Positions 18,503 through 28,489 of a stretch of DNA of 61,833 bases are shown here, in pieces. Made by a program: the position numbers and the translations under genes. A model generated the notes under the pieces. That model was not told the DNA's origin. It saw only the letters and a program-made list of their open reading frames with translations, and did no database searches. The DNA is from a bacterium (GTDB lineage: Bacteria; Patescibacteriota; Minisyncoccia; Phycocordibacterales; JABMNX01): NCBI GenBank assembly GCA_002687905.1, contig NZBM01000007.1:1-61833 (forward strand), given 5' to 3'. Position 1 is the stretch's first letter; each line of letters begins with the position of its first letter.

Positions 18503-19450
18503 ATGAGTGAAATTGAGAAATATAGGGATAATCACAAAACTGCTTTTCTTGTAGAGCAGTATGACCGATTGCTTTCTGAAGAAGAGGGAGTTGGCTCAAT
18601 GAGCGATAGTGGAATGGAGGAGTTAAAAGAAGAAGAACTCAAAAGAATAGAAAATGAGAAGAAATCTCTAATAGAGCAGATGGAGCAGATTACGAGAGCA
18701 GACGTTGAGGAGGAGAAATTTCCAAATGAGGTTGTTCTTGAAGTACGAGCCGGTGCGGGTGGTGAAGAAGCCGCGCTTTTTGCAGAGGAATTAGCTCTCA
18801 TGTATCAGCGCTACGCTGAGAGCAGGGGGTGGAGGACAAATATTTTAAATGAATCAAAAAGCTCTCTTGGGGGATACAAGGAGGCATCAGTTGAGATTAA
18901 AGGAGAAGGAGTTTTTAAAGAGCTTCGGTTTGAGACAGGAGTGCATCGTGTGCAGAGAATCCCCGCAACAGAGAAGCAGGGAAGGATTCACACTTCTACC
19001 GCGTCAGTCGCAATTCTTCCAATAAGAAAGAAATCAAAAATTGAAGTAAGCCCGGATGATTTAGAGATAGAGTTTTCGCGCTCCGGTGGAGCTGGTGGGC
19101 AGAATGTAAACAAAGTAGAAACTGCAGTTCGTATTATTCACAAACCAACGGGGATTGATGTACGCTCTACTGCCGAGAGAAGCCAGCAGAAGAACCGTGA
19201 GAAGGCTATGGGAATACTTCTATCAAAACTAGAAACTCTTCACGAAGAAGAAGAGGCTAAAAAACATTCAGAGGAGAGAAGGGAGCAGATTGGTACTGGA
19301 GACAGATCAGAGAAAATAAGGACATATAACTTCCCGCAAGACAGGGTTACCGACCACCGTATAAAAGAGTCTTGGTCAAATATTGAGGGAATAATGGGCG
19401 GGGCTATAACTCCTATAATTGAAATCTTAAGTAGAGAATCAAGTGACTAA
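18503..19450 (+). CDS. prfA: Peptide chain release factor 1 (short N-terminus)
   Basis: [12 protein letters not shown] (PxT), GGQ and RTYNFPQDR. Confidence 0.93.
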   Translation: MSEIEKYRDNHKTAFLVEQYDRLLSEEEGVGSMSDSGMEELKEEELKRIENEKKSLIEQMEQITRADVEEEKFPNEVVLEVRAGAGGEEAALFAEELALMYQRYAESRGWRTNILNESKSSLGGYKEASVEIKGEGVFKELRFETGVHRVQRIPATEKQGRIHTSTASVAILPIRKKSKIEVSPDDLEIEFSRSGGAGGQNVNKVETAVRIIHKPTGIDVRSTAERSQQKNREKAMGILLSKLETLHEEEEAKKHSEERREQIGTGDRSEKIRTYNFPQDRVTDHRIKESWSNIEGIMGGAITPIIEILSRESSD

Positions 19451-19493
19451 AAACCTTGCTACTTAGCCTATTTTACTGTAGAATCGCTCTCGT

Positions 19494-20234
19494 ATGTCTG
19501 ATATGACTACAGAAAAAGATCCATTTATAGAGCGCCTATTTAATATCGGTGCGCATTTTGCCTTTTCAAAATCAAGGAGACACCCATCAATGTCCCCATA
19601 TATTTTCGGGGTTAAAAATAAGGTAGAGATATTTGACCTAGAAGAGACCAAAAAGAAGCTCGAGGAGGCAAAGAAATTTGTTTCAAAACTTGCTTCAGAG
19701 AGAAAGAATATTCTTTTTGTTGGAGGAAAAAACGAGGCTAGACAAGCTATAACTCGAGGTTCCGAGTCAATTGATATGCCCTACGTCTCAAGGCGTTGGG
19801 TTGGGGGAACACTTACGAACTTTCCTGAAATAAAAAAAAGAATTGATAGACTTGAGAAGCTACAGGACGAAAGAGATAGAGGGGAGCTTGGTAAGTACAC
19901 TAAAAAAGAACGCCTCATGATTGATAGAGAGATTGAGAGACTTGAATATATATTTGGAGGACTTCTGTCCCTAAAAGAGCTTCCGGGGGCACTATTTGTA
20001 GTTGATACAAAACAAGAAAAGATTGCGGTTGATGAAGCAAAGAGAAAGGGGATTCCTGTTATTGCGCTTATGAACTCGGACTGTAATCTAGAAGATGCAG
20101 ACTACCCTATACTTGCCAATGACTCATCTATTACGAGCATTACATTCTTTGTAAATGAGATGATAGATACATATAAGGAGAACTTAGGGGCTAAGAAAGA
20201 GGAGTCAAAAGAAGAAAAGAAAGAAGATAAATAA
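19494..20234 (+). CDS. rpsB: 30S ribosomal protein S2
   Basis: GAHF, RWVGGTLTN and ANDSS. Confidence 0.95.
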   Translation: MSDMTTEKDPFIERLFNIGAHFAFSKSRRHPSMSPYIFGVKNKVEIFDLEETKKKLEEAKKFVSKLASERKNILFVGGKNEARQAITRGSESIDMPYVSRRWVGGTLTNFPEIKKRIDRLEKLQDERDRGELGKYTKKERLMIDREIERLEYIFGGLLSLKELPGALFVVDTKQEKIAVDEAKRKGIPVIALMNSDCNLEDADYPILANDSSITSITFFVNEMIDTYKENLGAKKEESKEEKKEDK

Positions 20235-20235
20235 A

Positions 20236-20727
20236 ATGGCAATTACAACTGAGCAAATTAAAGAGCTTAGAGATCGTACTGGTATCTCTATGATGCAGGT
20301 AAAGAAGGCGCTTGAGGAAGCCGGTGGAGACACTGAAAAAGCGGTGGATATACTAAAGAAGGTCGGTGCTGCGGTTGCAGCTAAAAAAGCTGACAGAACA
20401 CTCGGAGCTGGTGTAGTGGAGTCATACATTCACAATACAAAAGAGGTTGGCTCAATGGTGGTGCTTTCTTGCGAGACAGACTTCGTGGCTAAAAACGAAG
20501 AATTTGTGGCATTGGCTCGCGATATAGCAATGCATATCACAGCAACTAACCCTGAATTTCTCTGCGAAGATGATATAAAGGAAGGGGGCGATAGTGATTC
20601 AGTACTTCTAAATCAACCTTTTATAAAGGATTCAGGTAAGACGGTGAATGACCTTATAGAGTCAGCGATACAAAAGTTTGGAGAGAGGATTGAAATCACA
20701 ACGTTTGTAAGATTTTCTGTAAAGTAA
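20236..20727 (+). CDS. tsf: Elongation factor Ts (short form)
   Basis: IKELRDRTG, CETDFVA and located after rpsB. Confidence 0.93.
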   Translation: MAITTEQIKELRDRTGISMMQVKKALEEAGGDTEKAVDILKKVGAAVAAKKADRTLGAGVVESYIHNTKEVGSMVVLSCETDFVAKNEEFVALARDIAMHITATNPEFLCEDDIKEGGDSDSVLLNQPFIKDSGKTVNDLIESAIQKFGERIEITTFVRFSVK

Positions 20728-20728
20728 G

Positions 20729-21115
20729 ATGTTTCAAATAATACTATTTGGGGTCTCTTTGACTCTACTCATTGCATTTTTTTCTATCAAGCTTTTTGAA
20801 GTTAGAGGAGGTCGCGTTCTTTTTGAAGAAAAAAGAAAGGAGCTTGATAAGAGGGTTCTAAATGAGTTTGAAAGACGAAAGATTAAAGCACCTCAAATAG
20901 AGCTTGACGGAGTCCTTCACTTTATCCACGATGTACTTCATAATGTTGCCGTTGGAGTTCACGGCTCGGTTCGTGTCGCAGAGAGGCATACGGCTCGTGC
21001 GGTAAACTCCATAAAGGGAAGGCGTGACAATATAAAAAGAAATAGCACCTCTTCAGAGTTCCTAAAGAACGTTGGGGATTACAAGAACAAGCTTAAGCGC
21101 CCGGAACATAAATAG
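20729..21115 (+). CDS. Hypothetical protein with an N-terminal TM
   Basis: 128-aa ORF starting 1 bp after tsf. Confidence 0.7.
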   Translation: MFQIILFGVSLTLLIAFFSIKLFEVRGGRVLFEEKRKELDKRVLNEFERRKIKAPQIELDGVLHFIHDVLHNVAVGVHGSVRVAERHTARAVNSIKGRRDNIKRNSTSSEFLKNVGDYKNKLKRPEHK

Positions 21116-21209
21116 CCCGAGTAAAATCCACCCCAGCTGTTTTGATGGACAAAAAATGAGTAGTATTACCAGATTAGCTGTCTTGGCAGATAACAAAAGG
21201 GTGAATATT

Positions 21210-21285
21210 GCCACCTTAGCTCAGTTGGTAGAGCAATTGTTTTGTAAACAATAGGTCGTCGGTTCGAGTCCGACAGGTGGCTCCA
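21210..21285 (+). tRNA. tRNA-Thr(TGT)
   Basis: GCCACCT/AGGTGGC acceptor stem, AGCTCAGTTGGTAGAGC D-arm, ATTGT-TTTGTAA-ACAAT anticodon arm, GGTTCGAGTCC T-arm and encoded CCA. Confidence 0.96.
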
Positions 21286-21291
21286 AGGAAT

Positions 21292-21308
21292 GAGTCCGAC
21301 AAGTGGCT
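21292..21308 (+). repeat. Duplicated tRNA 3' end (att-like scar)
   Basis: GAGTCCGACAAGTGGCT versus GAGTCCGACAGGTGGCT at 21266-21282 (16/17 identical). Confidence 0.7.
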
Positions 21309-21319
21309 AAAGTAAAGCG

Positions 21320-21353
21320 AAATTTGCGACTCAACCGGTTGAGTCGCAAATTT
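21320..21353. repeat. 34-bp perfect palindrome, family B (copy 2)
   Basis: AAATTTGCGACTCAACCGGTTGAGTCGCAAATTT. Confidence 0.9.
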
Positions 21354-21378
21354 TGTTGTTTAAGATATACTCTCATTT

Positions 21379-22098
21379 ATGAGCAAATATCATATTCACC
21401 CTCTTACGAGCATTATTCGTGAAGTAAATAATATCTTTTCTGGGATGGGTTTTACCTTTGCCGAGGGACCTGAAATTGAGACAGAATATTACAACTTTGA
21501 CGCTCTTAACGTGCCTAAAGACCACCCCGCGCGTGATATGCAGGATACTTTTTTTGTGGACAGCAAAAATGAGAAAGTACTTCGAACTCACACTAGCCCA
21601 GTTCAGATTCACTATATGGAAAACCACGAACCACCAATAAGAGTAATTGTTCCCGGAAAGGCTTATAGAAATGAGGCAACCGATATGACCCACGAGGCGC
21701 AATTCCACCAAGTAGAGGGGCTTGTGGTTGGGGACGACATAACGCTTGCGCATATGAAAGGAGTACTCAAGCAGTTTTTTGAGAAATTTTTCAAAGGAAG
21801 TGTAGAAATACGACTTCGTCCCGGGTTCTTTCCTTTTGTTGAGCCGGGAGCCGAAGTAGATATGCGACTCGTTGGCGAGAATGTGCCGGAGAAGCTCCGT
21901 GGTAAGTGGATTGAGATGCTTGGCTCAGGAATGGTTCATCCAAATGTTCTTAAAAGTGCTGGAATTGATCCAGATAAATATCAAGGTTGGGCATTTGGAA
22001 TGGGTCTTGAGCGTTTAGGAATGCTTAAATACGGAATTGATGATGTGAGAGCGTTTAGCGATGGAGATTTACGTTTTATTGAGCAATTTAGTGTTTAG
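21379..22098 (+). CDS. pheS: Phenylalanine-tRNA ligase alpha subunit (N-terminally trimmed)
   Basis: HPLT, HPARDMQDTF, LRTHTSPVQ, FPFVEPG and FGMGLERL. Confidence 0.95.
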   Translation: MSKYHIHPLTSIIREVNNIFSGMGFTFAEGPEIETEYYNFDALNVPKDHPARDMQDTFFVDSKNEKVLRTHTSPVQIHYMENHEPPIRVIVPGKAYRNEATDMTHEAQFHQVEGLVVGDDITLAHMKGVLKQFFEKFFKGSVEIRLRPGFFPFVEPGAEVDMRLVGENVPEKLRGKWIEMLGSGMVHPNVLKSAGIDPDKYQGWAFGMGLERLGMLKYGIDDVRAFSDGDLRFIEQFSV

Positions 22099-22373
22099 CC
22101 CGTTAGAGACTAATATGTGGTATACATACGTACTTCAGAGTAAGAAAGATAGTAAGTATTACACTGGAAGTACAGGTAATATACGGAAGCGCTTAAAAAA
22201 ACACGAAGAAGGTCGTGTGGTATCAACACGGGAACGATTACCAATATCTTTAGTATATTGCGAAATTTGTAATAATCAGGGAGATGCTTATGTTAGAGAG
22301 AAGTATTTAAAAACAGGTATGGGAAAAAGATATATTAGAAATCGTATTAAACGCTTCCTGTCTCTAACGGGCT
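22097..22373 (+). mobile_element. Inverted-repeat-bounded element carrying a GIY-YIG nuclease
   Basis: AGCCCGTTAGAGAC (22097-22110) and GTCTCTAACGGGCT (22360-22373) form a perfect 14-bp inverted repeat. Confidence 0.7.
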
Positions 22374-22384
22374 GCATATGCTGA
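22115..22384 (+). CDS. Small GIY-YIG nuclease
   Basis: MWYTYVLQS..YYTGSTGNIRKRLKKH..AYVREKYLKTG. Confidence 0.9.
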   Translation: MWYTYVLQSKKDSKYYTGSTGNIRKRLKKHEEGRVVSTRERLPISLVYCEICNNQGDAYVREKYLKTGMGKRYIRNRIKRFLSLTGCIC

Positions 22385-24261
22385 TTAGTTACGAGTGGCT
22401 AAAAACATTTTTTGACAAAGAATTACCAGGACCTGATGAAATATCAGAGAAATTAATATTTCATTCTTTTGAGGTTGAAGGGGTAGATAAAGTGGGAGAC
22501 GACACAGTTTTTGATATAGACGTGCTTCCAAACAGAGGGCACGATGCACTTTGTCACCGTGGAATTGCAAAGGACGTCTCTGCTCTTTTTGTCATTCCGT
22601 TTAGAAAAGACCCGCTTCTGGGAAGCGGCGAACTTACACCAGAGTCAAACTCACTTGAAGTGACTATCGAGGATTCCAAAAACTGCAGACGCTTCACGAG
22701 TTCGGTGATAAAGGGCGTTGAGGTAAAAGAATCTCCCGACTGGCTAAAAAATCGCTTGGAGGTGCTAGGACAGAAATCAATAAACAACGTAGTGGATGCA
22801 ACGAATTATGTAATGTTTTCTATAGGGCAACCTCTTCACGCTTTTGATATGGATAAATTAGAGCAGAAAGACGGGGGAGCAGCGATTAATGTAAGGGGTG
22901 CAAAGAACGGGGAGAAAATAAATACTCTTGATGGAGGCAAGCACGAGCTTGATAAAACTATGCAGGTAATATCAGATAAAAATTCAGGAGAGGCAATTGC
23001 CATTGCCGGCGTTAAGGGAGGGGCGACAACGGAAGTAGACGAGAACACCAAAAATGTAGTTATTGAAGCTGCTAATTTTGATCCAATAATTACCAGAAAT
23101 ACTGCCCGCAAGCTAAAGCTACAGACTGATGCGTCAAAGCGTTTTGAAAACGTGCTTTCAAGTAGGTTGCCGGTATATGGTCAGCTAGAAATAGTGGAGT
23201 TGATTCAGGAGGTCGCCGGAGGGACACTTGATGGATATGTAGATGAATACCCCACAAGAGAGGAAAATATAGACGTTTCCTTTTCAACTAATGATGTAAA
23301 CAAGCTTCTTGGCACAAGCATTAGTGATAAAGACACAGAGGATATTTTGAGGCGATTAGGCTTTGTGTATGAGAAAAATGGAGGTGAATATTTAGTCACG
23401 CCTCCTTTTGAAAGGTTGGACATACGTATAAAGGAGGACTTAATAGAGGAGGTTGGCAGGGTTTATGGATATGAAAATATACCGGAGGAAGAGCCAGGCA
23501 CTCTTTCTAAGATAGAAATAAACAAGCGTTACTTCTATGCGGAGAAAATCCGCGACATTTTAACGAAAGAAGGATTCACTGAAGTTTATAATAGGTCACT
23601 TAGGGACAGTGGAGAAGTAAAGCTTGAGAATTCACTAGCAAGTGACAAAAATCATGTTCGCGCGAATCTAAAAAACGGAATAGAGGAGTCGCTTACACTG
23701 AACGAGAGAAATGCGCCACTTCTCGGAAAGGACTCCGTGAGGATATTTGAGATTGGAAATGTATTTAAAAAGGATAGTGAGTACACGTCAGTATGCTTGG
23801 GAGTTAGAGGCAAAGACGGACTGGAAAGTGCTGTGAGAAAAATAAGCGAATCACTTGGAGTTGAAGTTAGAGGGGAGAAAGGGGAGGAAATTTTTGAATT
23901 TAATTTAACTGATCTTCTAGATAAACTCTCTGAACAAGAATCTTATGAAAATCTGCCTGTAGTGAGTGAGGCGGTTTATGAACAATTCTCAACTTATCCG
24001 TTTGTACTCCGCGATATTGCAGTATGGACTCCGGAAGGGACAGATGCAAGTGAAGTTATGGAGGAGATAAAAAGTAAATCAGGAGAGCTTCTTAAAATGC
24101 ATACACTCTTCGATACTTTTGAGAAAGAAGAACGTGTCTCGTATGCGTTTAGGCTAGTATTTCAGTCGCCGGAAAGAACTCTTACGGACGAAGAAATAAA
24201 CAAAATTATGGATGAAATTTCTGCTTATATAAGCTCAAAAGAAGGTTGGGAGGTTAGGTAG
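22378..24261 (+). CDS. pheT: Phenylalanine-tRNA ligase beta subunit (lacks the B2 OB domain)
   Basis: PNRGHDAL, INNVVDATNY, GQPLHAFD, DLIEEVGRVYGY and a C-terminal FDX-ACB domain. Confidence 0.95.
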   Translation: MLISYEWLKTFFDKELPGPDEISEKLIFHSFEVEGVDKVGDDTVFDIDVLPNRGHDALCHRGIAKDVSALFVIPFRKDPLLGSGELTPESNSLEVTIEDSKNCRRFTSSVIKGVEVKESPDWLKNRLEVLGQKSINNVVDATNYVMFSIGQPLHAFDMDKLEQKDGGAAINVRGAKNGEKINTLDGGKHELDKTMQVISDKNSGEAIAIAGVKGGATTEVDENTKNVVIEAANFDPIITRNTARKLKLQTDASKRFENVLSSRLPVYGQLEIVELIQEVAGGTLDGYVDEYPTREENIDVSFSTNDVNKLLGTSISDKDTEDILRRLGFVYEKNGGEYLVTPPFERLDIRIKEDLIEEVGRVYGYENIPEEEPGTLSKIEINKRYFYAEKIRDILTKEGFTEVYNRSLRDSGEVKLENSLASDKNHVRANLKNGIEESLTLNERNAPLLGKDSVRIFEIGNVFKKDSEYTSVCLGVRGKDGLESAVRKISESLGVEVRGEKGEEIFEFNLTDLLDKLSEQESYENLPVVSEAVYEQFSTYPFVLRDIAVWTPEGTDASEVMEEIKSKSGELLKMHTLFDTFEKEERVSYAFRLVFQSPERTLTDEEINKIMDEISAYISSKEGWEVR

Positions 24262-24375
24262 TTTCTAGGGCTAGATAGAGCCTTATTTTAAGGGACAAAA
24301 ATGTGTAAAAACCCTTTATTTATAAGGGGATTTTTGCTAAAATAGGGGTGCCTGAGAGGGCATTTATTTTAGTAT

Positions 24376-26475
24376 ATGCCAGCGAAAAAAACAGATAAAA
24401 AAGTTGCAAAACAGGCTCCAGACAAAGGGGGCGCAAGCCCAGCCAAGACAGCCCCTGGCTCATATAAGGCCGAGGATATTACAGTCCTAGAGGGGCTTGA
24501 GGCGGTACGTCGCCGCCCAGGGATGTATATCGGCACCACTGGTCCTGAGGGACTCCACCACCTTATATGGGAGGTTTTTGATAATGCGCGAGATGAGGCA
24601 ATGGGAGGTTTTGCAAACGATGTTGAAGTTGCACTTCTTCCGGGTAATCGAGTACGAGTAGTTGATAACGGTAGAGGTATTCCTGTTGATACTCACAAGA
24701 AAACAAAAGTATCAGCACTTGAGACCATAATGACCACGCTTCACGCTGGAGGAAAGTTTGGTGGTGAGGGCTACAAAGTCTCTGGTGGACTCCACGGTGT
24801 AGGTATTTCGGTAGTTAATGCGCTTTCTACTAACACACTTGCTGAAGTACATCGTGATGGCGGCAAATACATACAAGAGTACAAGGATGGCGGAAAGGCA
24901 AAAGGAAAGGTAAAGAAAGTTGGTACTTCAAAAATAACAGGAACAGTAATTACATTTGAGCCCGACGAATCAATCTTCGGAGATATTTCATTTGATTGGG
25001 ACAAAATAGTTTCGCACCTTCGGCTTCAAGCTTATTTAGTAAAAAAGCTAAGAATTTCCATTTTCGATTTTCGAGATCACACGGAAAAACTTGACGAGGA
25101 AGGTATCTTTTATATGCGAGAGCTTAATCGCGGGGTTCCGTCAATGACTTTCTATTTTGAAGGAGGACTCGAGTCACTTGTTACTTTCCAAAACCGATAC
25201 CAAAAGCCAATTCACAAAAACGTTTTCTATATTGAAAAGGAAGTAGACGGGGTAAATGTTGAAGTAGCGCTTCAGTACGTGGATGATATTTCGGCTCGTC
25301 TTTCAGCTTTTGCAAACAATACATATAACGCCGAAGGCGGAACACACGTCACTGGTTTTAAAACGGCACTGACTAGGACACTAAATGCATACACCAAGAA
25401 AAATGGAGCAAAAGATAATGAAGCATTCACTGGGGACGACGTACTTGAGGGTCTTACTGCAGTAATTTCGGTAAAGCTCCAAGAGATTCAATTTGAAGGC
25501 CAGACAAAGGGTAAATTAGGCTCTGTGGAGGCACGTGGTGCAACAGAGAGTGTTTTTGGAGATGCATTTGCCAGTTTTCTTGAGGAGCATCCAGATGATG
25601 CCCGTGCGGTTATAAATAAAGCCACATTAGCTCTTAAGGCAAGAAAAGCGGCAAAGGCTGCAAAAGATAGCGTACTTAGAAAAGGCGCGCTTGAAGGCCT
25701 CACTCTTCCAGGGAAACTTGCCGATTGTCAGGTGAGAAACGCTGACGAAGCAGAGCTTTTCATAGTTGAGGGAGATTCTGCAGGAGGCTCATCAAAACAA
25801 GGACGTGACAGGCGGACCCAAGCCATACTTCCTCTTCGCGGGAAAATTCTAAATGTTGAAAGGGCGCGGCTTGATAAAATACTTACATCAAATGAGATAA
25901 AGGCACTTGTTGTAGCACTTGGAACAGCAATAGGGGATACATTTGACCTTGAGAAGCTTCGCTATCACAAGATAATTATTGCAACAGACGCTGACGTTGA
26001 CGGGGCACACATTAGGACGCTTCTACTCACGCTTTTCTATCGTTACTTTAGACCGGTTGTAGACGGAGGTTATCTATACATTGCTCAACCTCCACTCTAC
26101 AAAATTAAGAAAGGGAAGGATTTTGATTATGCATATACTGAAGCCGAGAAGGATAAGATTGTCGGAAAGGATATTTCTATTCTAGAGGAAGTTGACTCAT
26201 CGTCTGGTGAAGAGGAGGCGGAAGAAGAGGAGGAGGAAAGCGCAAAGAAAAAGACGAGCAAGATAAGTATTCAAAGATATAAAGGGCTTGGTGAGATGAA
26301 TCCAAGTGAGCTTTGGGAGACTACGATGGATCCAGAAAGGAGAGTTCTAAAACAAGTTACGGTTGAAGATGCGCAGGAGGCTGATAAGATTTTTGACATT
26401 CTTATGGGGACAGACGTCGCATCAAGAAAAAGCTTCATTCAATCAAACGCCAAGGCTGCTAACCTGGATATTTAG
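24376..26475 (+). CDS. gyrB: DNA gyrase subunit B
   Basis: VRRRPGMYIG, GGLHGVG, VEGDSAGG, PLRGK, DADVDG and RYKGLGEM. Confidence 0.93.
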   Translation: MPAKKTDKKVAKQAPDKGGASPAKTAPGSYKAEDITVLEGLEAVRRRPGMYIGTTGPEGLHHLIWEVFDNARDEAMGGFANDVEVALLPGNRVRVVDNGRGIPVDTHKKTKVSALETIMTTLHAGGKFGGEGYKVSGGLHGVGISVVNALSTNTLAEVHRDGGKYIQEYKDGGKAKGKVKKVGTSKITGTVITFEPDESIFGDISFDWDKIVSHLRLQAYLVKKLRISIFDFRDHTEKLDEEGIFYMRELNRGVPSMTFYFEGGLESLVTFQNRYQKPIHKNVFYIEKEVDGVNVEVALQYVDDISARLSAFANNTYNAEGGTHVTGFKTALTRTLNAYTKKNGAKDNEAFTGDDVLEGLTAVISVKLQEIQFEGQTKGKLGSVEARGATESVFGDAFASFLEEHPDDARAVINKATLALKARKAAKAAKDSVLRKGALEGLTLPGKLADCQVRNADEAELFIVEGDSAGGSSKQGRDRRTQAILPLRGKILNVERARLDKILTSNEIKALVVALGTAIGDTFDLEKLRYHKIIIATDADVDGAHIRTLLLTLFYRYFRPVVDGGYLYIAQPPLYKIKKGKDFDYAYTEAEKDKIVGKDISILEEVDSSSGEEEAEEEEEESAKKKTSKISIQRYKGLGEMNPSELWETTMDPERRVLKQVTVEDAQEADKIFDILMGTDVASRKSFIQSNAKAANLDI

Positions 26476-26479
26476 ACTT

Positions 26480-27127
26480 ATGAAAAAGGAGGAAAAGCGA
26501 GGATTACACATATCTCGCTTTATGCGCTCTTTTGCGCGCCTAGATTCGCCTGAAGATATTAAAGTTGTGAGTCTGCCTAATCCTGTGGATAATAGAACCA
26601 TGAATGAGCGTGGCAGAACCGAAGAGAATAGTAACTCTAAAAGAAGAGTTACAAGCGACAGATTGGTATTTAAAAACGACGGCGAGGAAACGCCGTCGAT
26701 TGAGCTTAAGAGGGAGGCAAACGAGGAAGAAGGGGTCGTAAGCACCCAAAACTCTGAAAGAATAAGACAGACTCCTAGAAATACCAAGGGAGATGTAAAC
26801 GCATTTATACAGTGCTTAATTAATGGTGAAAGACGTGACACATTTGATGTTCTTCACGAACTTGATATTAAGGGAGATGATTTGGAAATTTTTCTAAGCA
26901 TGGCAATTTGCGAACTTGATAGGGTAAGAAGTGTTCGTGTGGGGAACGGAGCAAGTCATGCCGATGAATATCTTTTAAATATGTGCAAGGAGCTAACGGC
27001 CCCAGAGCTCGAAGAGGTAATAGTGCTTTTAACTGCGGGAGTGGACCATAGTTATCGCTCGGCTCAAGCGGGAGTGAAGGTGGCAGTGCTTCGCGTCCTT
27101 GATTTCATCTATTCAATAAAACACTAA
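26480..27127 (+). CDS. Hypothetical protein
   Basis: ATG 4 nt after the gyrB stop gives 215 aa. Confidence 0.6.
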   Translation: MKKEEKRGLHISRFMRSFARLDSPEDIKVVSLPNPVDNRTMNERGRTEENSNSKRRVTSDRLVFKNDGEETPSIELKREANEEEGVVSTQNSERIRQTPRNTKGDVNAFIQCLINGERRDTFDVLHELDIKGDDLEIFLSMAICELDRVRSVRVGNGASHADEYLLNMCKELTAPELEEVIVLLTAGVDHSYRSAQAGVKVAVLRVLDFIYSIKH

Positions 27128-27131
27128 AAAG

Positions 27132-27173
27132 CCATTCTCCAGTTCTACTCCATGGAGTAGAACTGGAGAATGG
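27132..27173. repeat. 42-bp loopless perfect palindrome between convergent genes
   Basis: CCATTCTCCAGTTCTACTCCA|TGGAGTAGAACTGGAGAATGG. Confidence 0.9.
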
Positions 27174-27220
27174 GCTAAATAAAAGGAATTGTTTAAAGTT
27201 TTTTAAAGATTTAAAGATTT

Positions 27221-28459
27221 TTAAGATCGGCTGGCTATTTCTCCCTTTAGCTCAGAGATCAACTCGTCCACTTTCTTCTCTCCCACTTCACCTTTGTCTC
27301 TGCTTTCTACGTTTACGGTTTTTGAATTCAACTCTTTATCTCCAACTACAAGCAGATATGGCACTTTTTCAGTTTTTCCATTTCTTATCCTCTTTCCAAG
27401 AGTCTCATCGCTAGCATCTAGCTCAACTCTGATATCTTCAGCGCGAAGCCTTTCCTCTACTTCTTTAGCAAATTCCCGGTGTCCTTCACCGATTGGAAGA
27501 ACCTTGGCTTGAACAGGCGAAAGCCAAAGCGGAAATGCTCCGGCGTATTTCTCAATTAAAAAGGCCATGACGCGCTCAATTGCACCAACTGAAGAGCGGT
27601 GTACTACAAAAGCCCTTTTTTCCTCTCCATCTTCTCCTACATAAGTGAGATTAAATTTCTCTGGCATACAGAAATCATATTGAACGGTGAAGGCGGTATC
27701 CTCTTTGCCATTGGCATTTTTCATTTGAATATCAATCTTTGGTCCATAAAATGCAGCTTCGCCTTCTGCTTCAACAAAATCCGCCTTCCTTTTTGAAAGC
27801 ATTTCTCTCATTAAATCTTCTCCCTTATCCCATGCGGCATCATTCTCAAAATATTTTTCTTTATCATTCCTGTCACCAAGAGAAAGTCTGTACCAATACT
27901 CTTTGCCCAACGTAAGTCCTAAAACTCCCGTTACGTATTCAATTAAATCAAGGGCCTTTTCCATCTCTTCAACAGCTTGCTCTTCATTGGCACAAATTAT
28001 GTGTGCATCTGCTAAACAGAATGTGCGTACGCGCTGAAGACCCATTAGCTCTCCCGATTGCTCATATCTATATAGCCCAGCTAACTCCCCAATTCTTATT
28101 GGGAGTTCACGATAGCTGTGTGGTTTTGAGAGATAAAGTTCAAAATGATGAGGACATGTCATTGGGCGGAGCATAAACTCCTCGTCATCAATAGCCACAG
28201 GGGCGTACATTGAATCTTTATAGTGAGGGTAATGTCCGGATTTTTTATACAAATCAAGTTTTGCAATATCAGGAGTGTGAACATGTTGGTATCCACGGCG
28301 AATCTCTTCGTCCACTATAAAACGTTCAAGCTCTCTTCTTATTGCAGCGCCTCGGTGAGTAAAAAGAGGAAGCCCCTTCCCTACGTCATTTGAGAAAGTA
28401 AATAAATCAAGTTCTTTACCCAATTTCTTGTGGTCGTTTGGCTCTGATTCCTGGTTCAT
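27221..28459 (-). CDS. thrS: Threonine-tRNA ligase lacking the N-terminal TGS/editing domains
   Basis: Starts near DHKKLGKELDLF; contains RPMTCP, YRYEQSG and AFYGPKID; 412 aa. Confidence 0.95.
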   Translation of the reverse strand: MNQESEPNDHKKLGKELDLFTFSNDVGKGLPLFTHRGAAIRRELERFIVDEEIRRGYQHVHTPDIAKLDLYKKSGHYPHYKDSMYAPVAIDDEEFMLRPMTCPHHFELYLSKPHSYRELPIRIGELAGLYRYEQSGELMGLQRVRTFCLADAHIICANEEQAVEEMEKALDLIEYVTGVLGLTLGKEYWYRLSLGDRNDKEKYFENDAAWDKGEDLMREMLSKRKADFVEAEGEAAFYGPKIDIQMKNANGKEDTAFTVQYDFCMPEKFNLTYVGEDGEEKRAFVVHRSSVGAIERVMAFLIEKYAGAFPLWLSPVQAKVLPIGEGHREFAKEVEERLRAEDIRVELDASDETLGKRIRNGKTEKVPYLLVVGDKELNSKTVNVESRDKGEVGEKKVDELISELKGEIASRS

Positions 28460-28489
28460 GAGCTCAATATTAACACAGATAGCGCGTAT

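Noticed and set aside
22097-22373. Integron cassette (GTTAGAG...CTCTAAC resembles attC core sites)
   Set aside because: It does not fit GTTRRRY/RYYYAAC exactly, there is no attC stem after the gene, and no integrase is in the window. It is kept only as an inverted-repeat element.
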